DNA of 64,000 bases from the human T2T-CHM13v2.0 reference genome, Homo sapiens (GCF_009914755.1 NC_060927.1), one strand, 5' to 3'; counted from the first letter of the stretch, positions 30,468 through 43,577 are shown. Numbers and translations: made by a program. The notes: generated by a model from the letters alone, not told the origin.

Positions 30468-31479
30468 TTACATTTTGGCATAATTTTGCAGCAGCTGGTA
30501 CTAGTTGTTCCTTTCCATGTTTAGTGCTTCCTTCAGGAGCTCTTTTAGGGCAGGCCTGGTGGTGACAAAATCTCTCAGCATTTGCTTGTCTGTAAAGTAT
30601 TTTATTTCTCCTTCACTTATGAAGCTTAGTTTGGCTGGATATGAAATTCTGGGTTGAAAATTCTTTTCTTTAAGAATGTTGAATATTGGCCCCCACTCTC
30701 TTCTGGCTTGTAGAGTTTCTGCCGAGAGATCCGCTGTTAGTCTGATGGGCTTCCCTTTGTGGGTAACCCGACCTTTGTCTCTGACTGCCCTTAACATTTT
30801 TTGCTTCATTTCAACTTCGGTGAATCTGACAATTATGTGTCTTGGAGTTGCTCTTCTCGAGGAGTATCTTTGTGGTATTCTCTGTATTTCCTGAATCTGA
30901 ATGTTGGCCTGCCTTGCTAGATTGGGGAAGTTCTCCTGCATAATATCCTGCAGAGCATTTTCCAACTTGGTTCCATTCTCCCCGTCACTTTCAGGTACAC
31001 CAATCAGATGTAGATTTGGTCTTTTCACATAGTGCCATATTTCTTGGAGGCTTTGCTCGTTTCTTTTTATTCTTTTTTCTCTAAACTTCCCTTCTTGCTT
31101 CATTTCATTCATTTCATCTTCCATCACTGATACCCTTTCTTCCAGTTGATCTCGTCGGCTCCTGAGGCTTCTGCATTCTTCACGTAGTTCTTGAGCCTTG
31201 GCTTTCAGCTCCATCAGCTCCTTTAAGCACTTCTCTGTATTGGTTATTCTAGTTATACATTTGTCTAAATTTTTTTCCAAGTTTTCAACTTCTTTGCCTT
31301 TGGTTTGAATTTCCTCCTGTAGCTCGTAGTTTGATCGTCTGAAGCCTTCTTCTCTCAACTTGTCAAAGTCATTCTCCATCCAGCTTTGTTCTATTGCTGG
31401 TGAGGAACTGCAATCCTTTGGAGGAGGAAAGGTGCTCTGCTTTTTAGAGTTTCCAGTTTTTCTTCTGTTTTTTCCCGAT
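30468..31479 (-). pseudogene. ORF1: L1 ORF1 (coiled-coil/RRM/CTD), start codon lost and premature stop
   Basis: Canonical ATG reads ATC at 31477-31479. The residual 292-aa ORF 30501-31379 ends MERNN* about 11 codons early. Confidence 0.93.
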
Positions 31480-33009
31480 CTTTGTGGTTTTATCTACTTT
31501 TGGTCTTTGATGATGGTGATGTACAGATGGGTTTTTGGTGTGGATGTCCTTTCTGTTAGTTAGTTTTCCTTCTAACAGACAGGACCCTCAGCTGCAGGTC
31601 TGTTGGAGTTTGCTAGAGGTCCACTCCAGACCCTGTTTGCCTGGGTATCAGCAGCGGTGTCTGCAGAACAGTGGTTTTTCACGAACCGCGAATGCTGCTG
31701 TCTGATCGTTCCTCTGGAAGTTTTGTCTCAGAGGAGTACCCGGCCGTGTGAGGTGTCAGTCTGCCCCTACCGGGGGGTGCCTCCCACTTAGGCTGCTCAG
31801 GGGTCAGGGGTCAGGGACCCACTTGAGGAGGCAGTCTGCCCATTCTCAGATCTCCAGCTGCAGCACTGTACCTTTTTAAAGGCCCTGATCTTTGCTAATT
31901 ATAGTTATTTGCCTTAATGACAACATAGTTGTATTAACCAGGGTATGATGATTACTGTGATAAATAGACCTCACATATATATTGGTAATAGAACCTCATT
32001 TCATGTTCATGTAATGGTAGTGGGAATGTGAACAAGTCAGCAGACAGCTCTCATCTACTCAGAGACCTAGGTTAATAGAAGTTCTACTACATATAGGCTT
32101 ACAAGAAGGCCTTGTTTTTTTTTTTTCCTTTTAGATATTCCATAGGGGAAAGAAGGAGAGCTGAGAATGCACAGAAATTTTCATGTGCCAAGTTTGGAAG
32201 TGGTATGTATAATTTCTCTTTATATTCGATTGGTTGGAATCCTATTGCATGTTCCTATCTAATTTCAAAAGAGTCTAGGTAAAGTAGTTGTTTAGCATGG
32301 GTTTCCTAGAAAATAGAATCTGAGGCAAGGACTAAGTGCTAATGCTTTGAGAGGTATACGTCCAGAGTGAGAGGAAGGCGAAGTGAGGCAGGTAAGGATG
32401 GTAAGCCATACAAGGTACCATATTGGTTGTTACTTCACAACAATCTGGAAGAAATAGCAGGTCATGCAGCAGGTCAACCACTCAGGCTGTATGGCAAAAT
32501 CAGTAGTTAGAACATTCCATTGGAGTGAGGGAAGTAAGAAGAATTTATGTACCTGGCCCTCCCCCACTTCTTGATTCCTAATGATCGAAGTTTGCCCTAC
32601 AGGGAGTTAACTCCTCAACACTACGTGTTTGTATCATCAAACATCTTTAGCAGCTTCTCAGAAATTTACACCAATACTGTCTGGTGTATTTCACCTGAAT
32701 CTGAGTCAGATGGAAAATGGCAGAAGATAGAGACTCTGGAGTGTGGCTGGTTACCCTCAGACAGCAAAACTTCATGAGTCTACACTGCATATGATGGTCA
32801 TGGTGGCAACTGTCTCAAAGACAACTGAAAACAATACAATCTGAAAATTTGGCAAAAAGCCTTACCTTATATAGTCCACCCCTTGCAACATTCGGATCCA
32901 TCTGTGCCCTCCAATTATATATGTTTCTTAATCTAAAATATGGAGCAACTTTTTTTTGTTAGAACAAGAGATGTCACATTCTCTTGGAAAGTGGAGATAC
33001 AAGTTCAAT

Positions 33010-33372
33010 GGTACATGGTTTGAAATTCCTTCAAAACTCAGGTTGAAATGTAACTGTCATTATGGTGGTATTAAGAGGTGGGACCTTCAAGAGGTGATTA
33101 GGTTATGAGTGCTTCAACCTCATGAATGGGCTAATACTATTATTGGGGAGTGCCTTAGTTATCACAGGAGTTTAGTCTCTTTTTTGTGTCTTGTACTTGC
33201 ACTTCCTCACCATGGGATGCCTTCTGCCATGTTACGATGCAGCAAAAAGACCTTTAGGTGCGGGCCCTCTGTCTTGGACTTCTCAACCTCCAGAACAGTG
33301 AGTCAAATAAACTTACGTTGTTTATAAATTATCCATTCTGTGGTATTCTGTTAGAGCAACAGCAAAACAGTC
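33010..33372 (+). mobile_element. MST (MSTB-like) MaLR solo LTR
   Basis: AAGAGGTGGGACCTTCAAGAGGTGATTAGG...TCTTGGACTTCTCAACCTCCAGAAC...AATAAA. Confidence 0.85.
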
Positions 33373-34076
33373 ACAGAGTTACCTTCAAATTGCATTTTTC
33401 TTGAAGAGTGAAGGCAAGAGAATCAGTGAAAAACAACTAAGGTGTTGCTACAGGTGGTCTTGAGGCTATAACTGATATCACTTATTTCCTCCTCCATCCA
33501 TTACAGGTTTCACTTACCCACTGTCAATACTTCCACCGATATGCTTGCTTTCGAGGGTAATCCAGAGCCTCATTCTGAGGATTCTAAGCCTTCTGTTTCC
33601 CTGCTGTTATTGGGTTGTGGTTCTTATAATTCGCCAGTGACAGTTATTATGAGTCTTGAAAATACTAAGAGATGCCTTAGTGAATCTCCTGCATTCATAG
33701 ACATGTTTCTCCCTGCGCACATTGTGTAGATATACTTCTTTCTTCTCAGGATTTGTTATCTAACTTCTCAAGGTTGATTATCTCAGCCAGTACAGTAACT
33801 CCTTTCTTTCACTACTGCTGTCAGGCAGAGTTTAAATTAGCCATATGGTAGATACAGCTTCTAGTTCAGTGGAACCACCACTGTGTCCCTGGCAAAAGTG
33901 TTCCTTCTCTGAGAATCAGGACCTGCAACTCAGCAGAAACCTAGGGTTGTGGTACAGAAAGCGCAAATACTACAAGTGGGTTATTGAGTGTAATAATGAG
34001 AAGGGGCATTTCTATTTCTGCCTCTTTGTTCTTGGCTTTTGTATTCAATTATTGGAGACATAGTACCTTAGTCTAA

Positions 34077-34444
34077 TGTCTTACTCTATCTAGGCTGCTA
34101 TAAAAGAAGTACCCTAGACTAGGTGGCTTGTAAACAACAGATATGTATTTCTCGCAGTTCTGACGGCTAAGTCCAAGATCAAGGTGCTGATAGGTTTAGT
34201 GTCTGGTGAGGGCCTGCTTCCTTGTAGATGGGGCCTTATTTCTCTGTCTCAACATGGTAGAAGGGACAAGGGGTATCTCTCAGACCTCTTTTATAAGGAC
34301 ACTAATCCCATTCGTGAGGACTCTACCCTCATGTCCTGATCACTTCTCAAAGGCCCCACCTCCTAATACCATCACCTTAGGGGTTAGGATTTCAACATAT
34401 GAATTTTAGGGGGTGAGGGGACACAAACATTCAGACCATAGCAG
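34077..34444 (-). mobile_element. MLT1A/MSTD-like MaLR solo LTR
   Basis: GGCTGCTATAA...AAGTCCAAGATCAAGGTG...GACACAAACATTCAGACCATAGCA. Confidence 0.88.
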
Positions 34445-36575
34445 TGCCATATGCCAAATATTAGTTTAGCACATATATACATACACAAAATCCTCGAAGT
34501 CGGTGTCTTAAATCTCAAGTGTGTTGTTTCTGAGCTGGCACCATAGCTTAGCCTTTAACACATCATTCCTTTGTTCTTTTAGGTTGGCTGCTTCTAAGTG
34601 ACAAACTCATTTGTTAAAAAGGCATGGTCGATTTTAAAAATGTACTCCTTTAATCAACAATAAAATAACACAAACAGGGTGTGTCAATAATTTCATAAGC
34701 CTTGAGATTCATGTGGAGAGTCTGAATATGATATTCTTAGCAGATAAAAATATTTACATTTGAATAGAAATATAAGAAACCAACAAATTCAACTGCCCCA
34801 TTTTACAAAAGAAAAATAGAGGCCCAGAGAGAAAGAGCGACTTGATAGCTAATTAATGACTGAATCTGTGCTAGATCCAGGCTTTCTTTCTAGATCCCTG
34901 AAAATATCATTATATCAAGCCACTTTTTAAACCAAAAACATGGGTTTATCTGTTGAAAATTGAGTAGATTTCTAGATGCAAATCAGATTAGTTTCAAGGT
35001 AGCAAATAGCTTTGTTCCCCCTTTGCCACTATACATAGTAGAATTATATTGTACGTTCTGTGAAGTGGTTGCAGTTTTTTGTGTAGAAGCAAGGGAAACA
35101 TTCATCTTTGTGTAACAGTTGCCTTCTATTCCTTCAGGGCCTTGTTCAAGCCTCACCTCCTCCAGCAAGCCTTCCCTAAATTCTTTAGTTTATGGCAACC
35201 TTTTCTTACCTCTCACAGAAACTATTGGTCACCTTTTTATTACTTTCACCACAAAACAATTTTTACAAGTGAATGAAACAAATACATAAAACCCTGTCAT
35301 TTCAACATATGAAACCAGTTTCATTTTTCAAAATTACATCTCACCTTTGTATGCATATATAATTTGTATAGCATTGGAGATTTTTGTAATCATGGCATAG
35401 ATATATATTTGTAGTCATTTCCCCACTTGACATTAATGCGTGATCACCTTGTAAAGTTGCTACATAATTTTCATGATTTTATTTTTAATGGTGTTTCTCA
35501 TCACCTCTTAGGTATTTCATACGCATTTTAAAATTAACATGTTTTAAAGTGAACTCAGCTTACCATTTAACACTACACAACTTTAGGTGGAAAAAGTCTT
35601 CAACCTGTCTTTCTTTCGTTTACTATCCCTATAAGTCTATAAGTCTAGTCCTTCTACTGCCTAAATATTTTTATAATTATAAACTCTTTTTTCCAACTTT
35701 GTCACTGGATCGGGCTTCCTGAGGCTCACTAGTCCAATTGCAATAGGCTAATTCTGGCTACTACTAGTAGGCAGTCTTTATGGTCGGTTTTTCGGATGGA
35801 TGCCCAATAATTTGTTTTTAAATTAAAATTTGATCCTATTCTCTGCTTAAAAACTTTCAGTGGTTTTCCTTTGTCTGTGAAGAGGTTGTCAGTACTTAAA
35901 ACTAGGGTTATTTTACACGAACATGTAGATTTCTGGTTTCTCAAGGAATTAAAAATCTGGCTGCAGTGTGCCTGCATTCCAGGATGGCAACAGAAGGGTA
36001 AAGATGAGTAGAGGCTGTTCCTGCAGAAAGGGCAAGTGCTGGCAATTTGGCAAAGAGCCCCCCAAATCTGTTCTGCATGGCACACAAGATTCTTATCAGA
36101 GACCTTGCTGAGTTCTTTAGCCTTATTCTCCTATTAATCAAGAGACAGAGAGTGGCTCTTCAAATGTGCCTTGGAATGCTCCTCTCTCTGTGCCTCATGA
36201 CCTTCACGTCTAGTGGAATCTCTTTTTTTGTTTTCCTTGAAGACTTTACTGCAGTGTCACCTCCTTTATGAAGGCCTTCCTGACTTCCCAAGCCTTCCAG
36301 GTAGCAGAAGGATCTAGAAAACAATTCCACTTCTCACTCTATTCTACAACTAGTCTTTCCCTCCCCAGGCTAGGAAGGTAGGCCAAGAAACTTTTGCTTG
36401 CTGCTTTTCAGTGTTTCCCCTTCTTGCTTCATCAACTGCCCCTTTTTGTCAGGCTCCCTTCTCTGCTTTCCATCTTCCTAATCCTTCCTTTTCAGTTTAA
36501 TTCAGCAAACTCATAAAGAGGGGCTGATAAAGGCACTGGATGCTGGAGGGGAATTAGTGAAGAGTGAAGGGCTCC

Positions 36576-37041
36576 TGTAGCAGGACAAGCCATAGACAAA
36601 ACTCCTCAGACACCTAGTTAAAGAAGGAAGGGGTTTATTTGGCCGGGGGCATCAGCAAGACTCCTGTCTCAAGAGCCGAGCTCCCCAAGTGAGCAATTCC
36701 TGTCCCTTTTAAGGGCTCACAACTCTAAGGGGGTGGCCATGAGAGGGTCATGATTGATTGAGCAAGCAGGGGGTATGTGACTGGGGGCCGCATGCACTGG
36801 TAATTAGATAGATCGGAACAAAACAAGATAGGGATTTTCACAGTGCTTTTCTATACAATGTCTGTAATCTATAGATAACATAACCGGTTAGGTCAGGGGT
36901 CGATCTTTAACTACCAAGCCCAGGGTGTGGTGCCGGGCTGTCTGCCTGAGAATTTCACTTCTGCCTTTTAGTTTTTACTTTTTCTTTCTTTGGCGGCAGA
37001 AATTGGGCATAAGACAATATGAGGGGTGGTCGCCTCCCTTA
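36576..37041 (-). repeat. 3' LTR (LTR2/LTR2B-like)
   Basis: Minus strand begins TAAGGGAGGCGACCACCCCTCATATTGTCTTATGCCC. About 35 substitutions and 2 indels versus the 5' LTR (manual count). Confidence 0.93.
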
Positions 37042-37054
37042 TTCCCCTCACTTT
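37042..37054 (-). other. Polypurine tract
   Basis: AAAGTGAGGGGAA on the minus strand, directly before the 3' LTR. Confidence 0.85.
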
Positions 37055-37059
37055 GAGAC

Positions 37060-39137
37060 TCTCACTCAATAGTGGGAGTTCTCACTTTCATTTTTACTAC
37101 CCATGTCTTCTTGCAAGACAGATCAATAGTGATTCACATAGTACACTTTTGCCAAAGCATTTTGGTGAACTAAGGTAGCGATGAAGCTTTTTACCATTTG
37201 AAGAAGTACAGATAGCAAACAATGGATCAGTAAGCAGGTTCCTATTACTATTATAACTCTTATTATAAGAGTTTTAAATCCTCCTAGCGCTGGGAACTAT
37301 TTTCCAAACATGGCCTCAGGATCAAATCCATGCCACACTTGCACAGGCACATGTGCCAGTTTTGTCATATCTCTAACTGTGTCTTCAACTACTTGCCCTT
37401 GACTGTCTATGTGTAGGCAGCAATTAGCAAGGTTAAATTTCCTACAGACCTCTCCTTCAGCTGCTAGCAAGTAGTCGAGAGCTGATCTATTTTGATAGAT
37501 AGCATTCCTCATCTGAGTTTCTTGCCAGGCCAGAATAGTCAAGGCTCTGCTGGATTTATTAGGGATTATTTTTAAGACAACTTGTAACCGTATGATTTGG
37601 TTGATCATGTAACTGGGGGTCTGGTATCCCCATGAGCCATCTTGTGCCCAAGTAGCAGGCCCATAATATTGTATGATTCTCTCAGGGGGCCATTTATAAT
37701 TTTTTCAATTTCCTATAGCTATGCTTCTCTTTTCGCAGGAAGCATAGACAGGGAAGCCCAGGAGTTCACCTGTTTTTATGGGCAGTAGGAAGAAAGATGG
37801 TTTAATAGTGCCAATAACACAACTACCTGCCCACTGGTCAGGTAATTTGGCATAAGCTCTATGCCCACATATCCAGTATAATCCAGTGGGGGCTGTCCAG
37901 TCCCGGTGGGACTTCAGTTGGGTCCACACGGTTTGCAACTTTGGGAATTTACTAAATGGATTTCTCTCGTGTGATTTGAACTCCACTAAAGTGACTGTCT
38001 TTGTGGTACCATTATACAGTTTCTGTCTCAGACAACTAAGTTGTCCTATGGGGTGAGTGAATTCTTTTCCTTCCCTAGCTATGCAATATTGTCCAATAAT
38101 TGAGGCTTTTAGGACCCAGAAATTATCAGGGTGATTCTTTTGAGCTGGGAATTCATTAGGAACTGGGTCTGTAGGTACTAATTCTTGGGCTTCCCATGGC
38201 CACTGATCTCCTATTACAGTTCCTCCACATACATAACATGAAGTGACATTGAGAGACTGGGCTACATGCTTGGCTAACTGCAAATACAAATTTCTTGTTT
38301 TTCCTGGAATTTCCGGTACTGGCACATTTAGTTCATCATAGAAAGTTTGAAACACTGGCTCAGGAGAGCGTTTGTAAACTTCTTCTCGAACCAAGATATT
38401 TACTCGAGGATCCAGTCTGGCCCCATTGATTCCTAAGGTCACACGCTCCTCTTTTTTCCAGCGAGGATCAAGGGGATTGGTTAATTACTAGCTCTAAGGG
38501 ATTACATTGTCCTTTAGTACAGGAGGGGCCATTTTTTCCTTTCTGAAGGTGGACTGGATCCTTTTCATTTTTTTTTTTTAATCCAAGTGGCCTAAACAAC
38601 GCAAGACCAGTGTTTACATTTATTTCCACACAGTCTTAATTTATGACAGATATACTTATTTTCTGCCATATAGCCTCTTTTCTAATTAAGAGAACCACAC
38701 CTTATTCCTAACTTATTACTGTTAATAACAGCACAGGCATCAACTTTTAAGGTGACTTGTTTGGGCACCCCTTTTTCTTCTGTTTTGGCTAACACTTTAC
38801 TCATATCGTTTATGAGCCCCCACCAGTCCTCAGTCCTTAATCTTATTTTAAAAACTGTGGTCATGGGAGGCTCAGGTGGGTCATAACACACATCAGGCTG
38901 GTCATTTTCTGGGCTACATACCTTGTATAGAATAACATTATACCACCAAGTTCTTTTTAGAGTTCCAGTACACTTATAATAACCATAAAATAATAGGACC
39001 GTAGCAACCTTTTGTCCCACCTCAGTGACTTGATGTATACACTGGGAGCAGTCCTCAGTCTGAGGAAGGTCAGTTGAAGTCCTTACTGTAAACATCTACA
39101 TTTTAAGGAAAATGAGTCCCTCGATGAGTTTTCTCAT
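37060..39137 (-). pseudogene. env: HERV-E-like env (SU+TM), disrupted
   Basis: ATG at 39137 with a stop in the signal peptide (MRKLIEGLIFLKM*). Fragments 38682-39095, 37705-38442 (CYVC, cleavage site CEKR) and 37297-37608 ([10 protein letters not shown] immunosuppressive domain, [10 protein letters not shown]). Confidence 0.9.
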
Positions 39138-39544
39138 GCTTTGGCCGTGTGTTGACCAGTCTGCTTCCGGGTGTGACTGGAGCAGGGCTTGTCATCTTCT
39201 TCAGTCACTTTGCAGGGGTTGGCGAACCTGCTCCTGTCCACATACCGCTCACAGTCTACTGATGTTTAAGGATGGTCTCAGAGGTTGGGCCTGCTAGAAT
39301 AAACTGAGTCCAACACCTCTACACAGTTATGTTCCACTGGGCTCTCTGATACCAGCAGCAAGGTGGTGGGGTTTAGGGTGTTGCAAACCTCATTGGTTAT
39401 GTGGGGATTTTCACATAGCAAGCTTTGGTACTTGGTTAATCTAGCATTGGTTAACTAATGATGTCTTTTGGTAGTCATCAAAGTTACCACAGTATGGGGG
39501 ACCTTTATATTCAGGTTTTGCCTAAGGGTTAGTTTATTTGCTTC

Positions 39545-39754
39545 TTATGCTAACAGGGCCATTGCTGCTAGGGCCCTTAGACCTGGGGGCCAGCCTTTGG
39601 AAACCCTGTCTAGTTGTTTTGAGAGATAGGCCATTGGCCTTGGCCAGGGCCCCACAGTCTGGGTTAAAACTCCAACTGTCATTTTTTCTCTTTCTGACAC
39701 ATAGAGTGTAAAGAGTTTTGTCAAGTCAGGTAGCCTCAGGGCTGGGGCCAACAT
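39545..39754 (-). pseudogene. pol: Gammaretroviral pol fragment (RT connection region)
   Basis: [21 protein letters not shown]...GVLTQ...[12 protein letters not shown]...GWP. Confidence 0.85.
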
Positions 39755-39789
39755 GAGTTTTTCTTTTAACTCATGAAAAGCTCGTTGCT

Positions 39790-40990
39790 GTTGGTTGTAA
39801 TAGATGTAGTTTATCTAATCTACATTTTTATTAACTGTCACCTACCAAAATATTGACTCAAATCCTGCAGCTATTTGATTTCAAGCTTTAAATTGATCTG
39901 GTATTCCTCATCGGACTCCAGTTGTGTCTAAATAGAGATGAGAGTCGAAAGACCCATAAGGGGCTTCTCTCGCTTTATGATGTCTTATTTTTTTCCCTTC
40001 TGGTTGATGAAATGCCAGGGTGAAAGGGATAGCCAATTGGACTAAAGTACAAGTGTCACTCCAGTTATTCGGCAGAGTGCCCAGTAAAGGTCCACCACAA
40101 TACCACCGCACGTCTGCTCGAGGATGAACGAGGGCTGACCAATCAATAAGCTGTTGAAAATTTTTATGCTCACTGCATCCTTTCAGGTCTCCAAGGAATG
40201 CTAAGTTTCCTCCTTGTCATGAGAGACATGAAGTGAACTTAGTGTTGGGAGATGGAGGCTGGATGGCCCTTGGGGGTTGACCTGCAGGGTGCCGGACTTT
40301 GGGATATAGCAGAGAGAGCTTGGCATGACTTATTACTCCAGGTTGTAGAATCCTGGAAAAGAGCTCCCACGCAGCCCACACCTGGTCGACTGGAGGACCA
40401 CCTTAGTAGAAAGGGGACAGTCTGGGCCTCTGGCCTGCCATGTGCACAAGCATAACAATTGCTTTTGTTTAACATGCAGATGGAATATTTGATCCATTTT
40501 AACCAGGCATTTGCATCTTGGTATCCTGTCTTAATTGCTAAAGTTTGTTTTAAGTATTTAACTTCTATGATCCTCTAGTAAAATGAATGTATGGTTTCAG
40601 GAAATTACAAAAACCGGTTGGGGCAGTCTATCCTTGCTCTGTAGTGGTCCACAGAACGTTGGACCAACTATAGCATGAAAGCTCTACATCGGGGGGCAAG
40701 ACTCCTGGTTGGCTCTGGGGTCTTTATCGAAATCTCCCCGGATTAAATGGTCCTAATTTACTAACACCCAGTCTGAGGAGAGTCAGGAGGGACAGAAGTA
40801 CTTTTCTGAAGTAGAAAGCTGTGTTTGACTTGGCAAGTCCCCACAGGGTATAACAAGGCAAGCATTAAGTGCAATAGTTTGAGGGGAAATTGACTTGGTT
40901 ATGTTAATAACTAGATGGTCAGCAATAGAATGAGGAAAGAAGAAAGAGTAATAGAATAGATGAAAAGAGTTAAATTTTTCTTAGCTTTAG
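39790..40990 (-). pseudogene. env: Second, unrelated env SU remnant (HERV-I-like)
   Basis: NKSNCYACAHGRPEAQ (CXXC) and WYCGGPLLGTLPNNWSDTCTLVQLAIPFTLAF, followed by a basic cleavage-like RHHKAR. Confidence 0.7.
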
Positions 40991-41020
40991 TTTGATAGGG
41001 TTTTCCCCTGGGACTATGGC

Positions 41021-41290
41021 CTACAACTCTGGAGGGGGTGGCGCTTTCTTGACTTGGGTGTGATGAGTCCATCCTTTTTTTTTTTTTTTTTTTTCTGTAC
41101 AAACAGCAGTCTTGGTGATTAGCAGCACAAGGTAGGGTCCTTCCCAGGCTGGCAAGAGTTTTTCTTCTTTCCACCCTTTGGTGAGAATGTGATCTTCAGG
41201 CTGGTGCTGGTTTACCGGAAATTCTAGGGGTGGTACATGTGCTAAAAGACTTTTAGTTTTTGAGAGAAAGGAAAGTGGAAGATAAACCAA
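41021..41290 (-). pseudogene. pol: Integrase C-terminal (GPY/F) remnant
   Basis: LLPAWEGPYLVLLITKTAV...GWTHHTQVKKAP, with a poly-A expansion inserted. Confidence 0.8.
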
Positions 41291-43577
41291 GTATATAATT
41301 TTGAAGAAATTTACCTTTTGTTTTAAATGTGGGGACCTTGGCAGTGGACTTTATAGTCCTTCGTGCCTTTTTACTGAGAAATTTCCTTTAGCACCTATTT
41401 TTATTAGTTTTTAAACCAAAGAAAGCTAAATACCATTTTACATTTAACAATGCTTCTCATATGATTTTTATACCAGATAAGCTAAATTTTATCTATATTA
41501 GTGTGTTATTAATGTTAAACCTAATTTTAATAAAACCTTGTAGACATATTTATCTAATTTTTAATGTTTGACCATAAGGTAAGATTTTATAGACTCTTTT
41601 CAACCTTTTGTAATTTTTGCTAAAGAGCAGGTTGGTGCTTTAAGAAAAACCTGTTATGTTTTTACTTTAATGTCCAGTTCACAGAAAAACTGGATGATAC
41701 TTCTTTAACTTTAGCTAATATGTTACACACAGAATTTTCTTTACAATTAATATTTTAAAATTTGCTTAAACCTTCAAAACAATAATTTTTTTAAATTTTT
41801 TAATGTAGGTAAAAATGTACATTCTTATGCCTCCTTATAATCTTTTTACCAAAGGTATTTTTTACTTTTCTTATACACCTTGCACATAAACTGGTTTTTT
41901 TTTTTTTTTCAGTAGTTTTACATTCAGGAGGCCTAGTTACTTTTAAATTATACAACATTTTTTGCATAAATTCTTTTTTATAACATTTTTCTCTTTCATG
42001 ACTTTCACAGACAATTCTTCGACATACCTCAACTTTCTGACTTACTACAAATGTTTCTTACTTTAACCAACCAGTTAATTTATTTCAGGACAAGAATTTA
42101 CCATATAATACTCCTTTTATATAAATTCTGCCTCTCCTTTTTTTTCCTTAGGATACTTCTGAACTGGTGAGGTCTGCTCACATTGAGGTTTCCTCTAAAA
42201 GTTATTTTTGTTGTTGTTGTTAGCAAAGCAGTTGCTGCTACAGATTGAATGCATTTGGGCCATCTGCAGGTTACTGGGTTAAGGATTTTTGATAGGAAGG
42301 CCTCAGTGCTTTCGGGATAAGCCCTTGTTTACACTGACAACAAAGTGGTATTGGAATGTTACAGGGTTACGGAGAATACCTTCAATTATCAATTATAGGT
42401 TTTAAATTTACCTTAAATTCCTTTAAATTTCTTTAAAACCTATAGGTTTTAAAGGAATAGGGTATACTTTTTTTTCTTAACTGCTTGTATATCTCTCTCT
42501 TTGTCTCTTTGACTTTGTCTCTCTCTCTTTGACTTTCCTTTTGCCTCTGTCTCTTCCTCTCTCTCTCTGCCTCTCTCTTTCTTTCTCTCTCTCTGCTAAT
42601 CTTTCCTTGCCTCTGCCAGCTGCTTATGCTGCTGTTCTCTCAACCACTGTGTGTTGGGGGCGGGGGGTCTAAAACCAGCTGTAACCAAGTGTCTATATAT
42701 GGGAATTGGTCTGGGTTCCCTGGCTTACAGGTTACCTTGTGCTATACTTTTGAAACAAGGGACCTGTCCAGGCTTCCTTCTAATGACCAACCTACCTCTA
42801 ATGCTGGCCAGTCTTACACGAAGTTTTAAGTTTTCCTGATGTCATAGTACTCCATAGTCTCTCTTAAATTCTTTTTTGAAAATTTTCAACATAGTTCCTA
42901 GTAGGGTGGGCTTATTTGTGCCTGACCTATGCTTCTTCCAGACAAAACACCATGCTCACACTGCACGCACACCACAAAACAAAGAACGGGTGAAAAGGGC
43001 ACACACACACTTTTGCAGTTTGCACCAAACCGAAATCAAAACCCAAATCAGAGTATCCAGAAATCCAAGCCAGGTCAAAACCAAAACCAAAGTATCAAGC
43101 AATCCAAGTCAAGTCAAAAATAAAAACCAAAGTGCCAGTACAGGCATGCCGTGGGTGATGAGGCCACGCTTCCACTCAAATGGAGTAGGCAAGTTCCCAA
43201 GACCGGTCCTGTCAAGCAGTTCAAACCAAGTCAAAACCAAAACCAAAACTGAAGTGCTGATAAAGGCATGCCATGGGTGATCAGGTCACGCTTCCACTCA
43301 AACGGAGTGGGCAAGTTTCAAAGACTAGTCTTACCAAGTTTTAGATGTCCAGACTCCAAGTGCCTGTTCCTTCCCGGTGTTCAGCCACTGCGTTGATCCT
43401 CCACGGGGGCCTGCCACACACTGCTCTGGCGAGGCATCCCACCGGGGCAAGTGCCTACCCGGGGGCGCTCTCAGGATCCGCGTCACTCGGGCTGTTGGGA
43501 GTTCCCTGCAGGGATGTTCCACAGGGCAGGCTTAAGCCGCCTAAGGAGCTGCCTCGACCATCTGCCAATCACCTCGC

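Larger units (their letters stand above)
32288..34620 (-). mobile_element. Old ERVL LTR (LTR16/33-like) plus degraded internal sequence, carrying nested MaLR LTRs
   Basis: GGGTTTCCTAGAAAATAGAATCTGAGGCAAGGA resembles an LTR end. An antisense PPT-like TCCACCCCTT lies at ~32875, followed by internal-like sequence. Confidence 0.5.
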
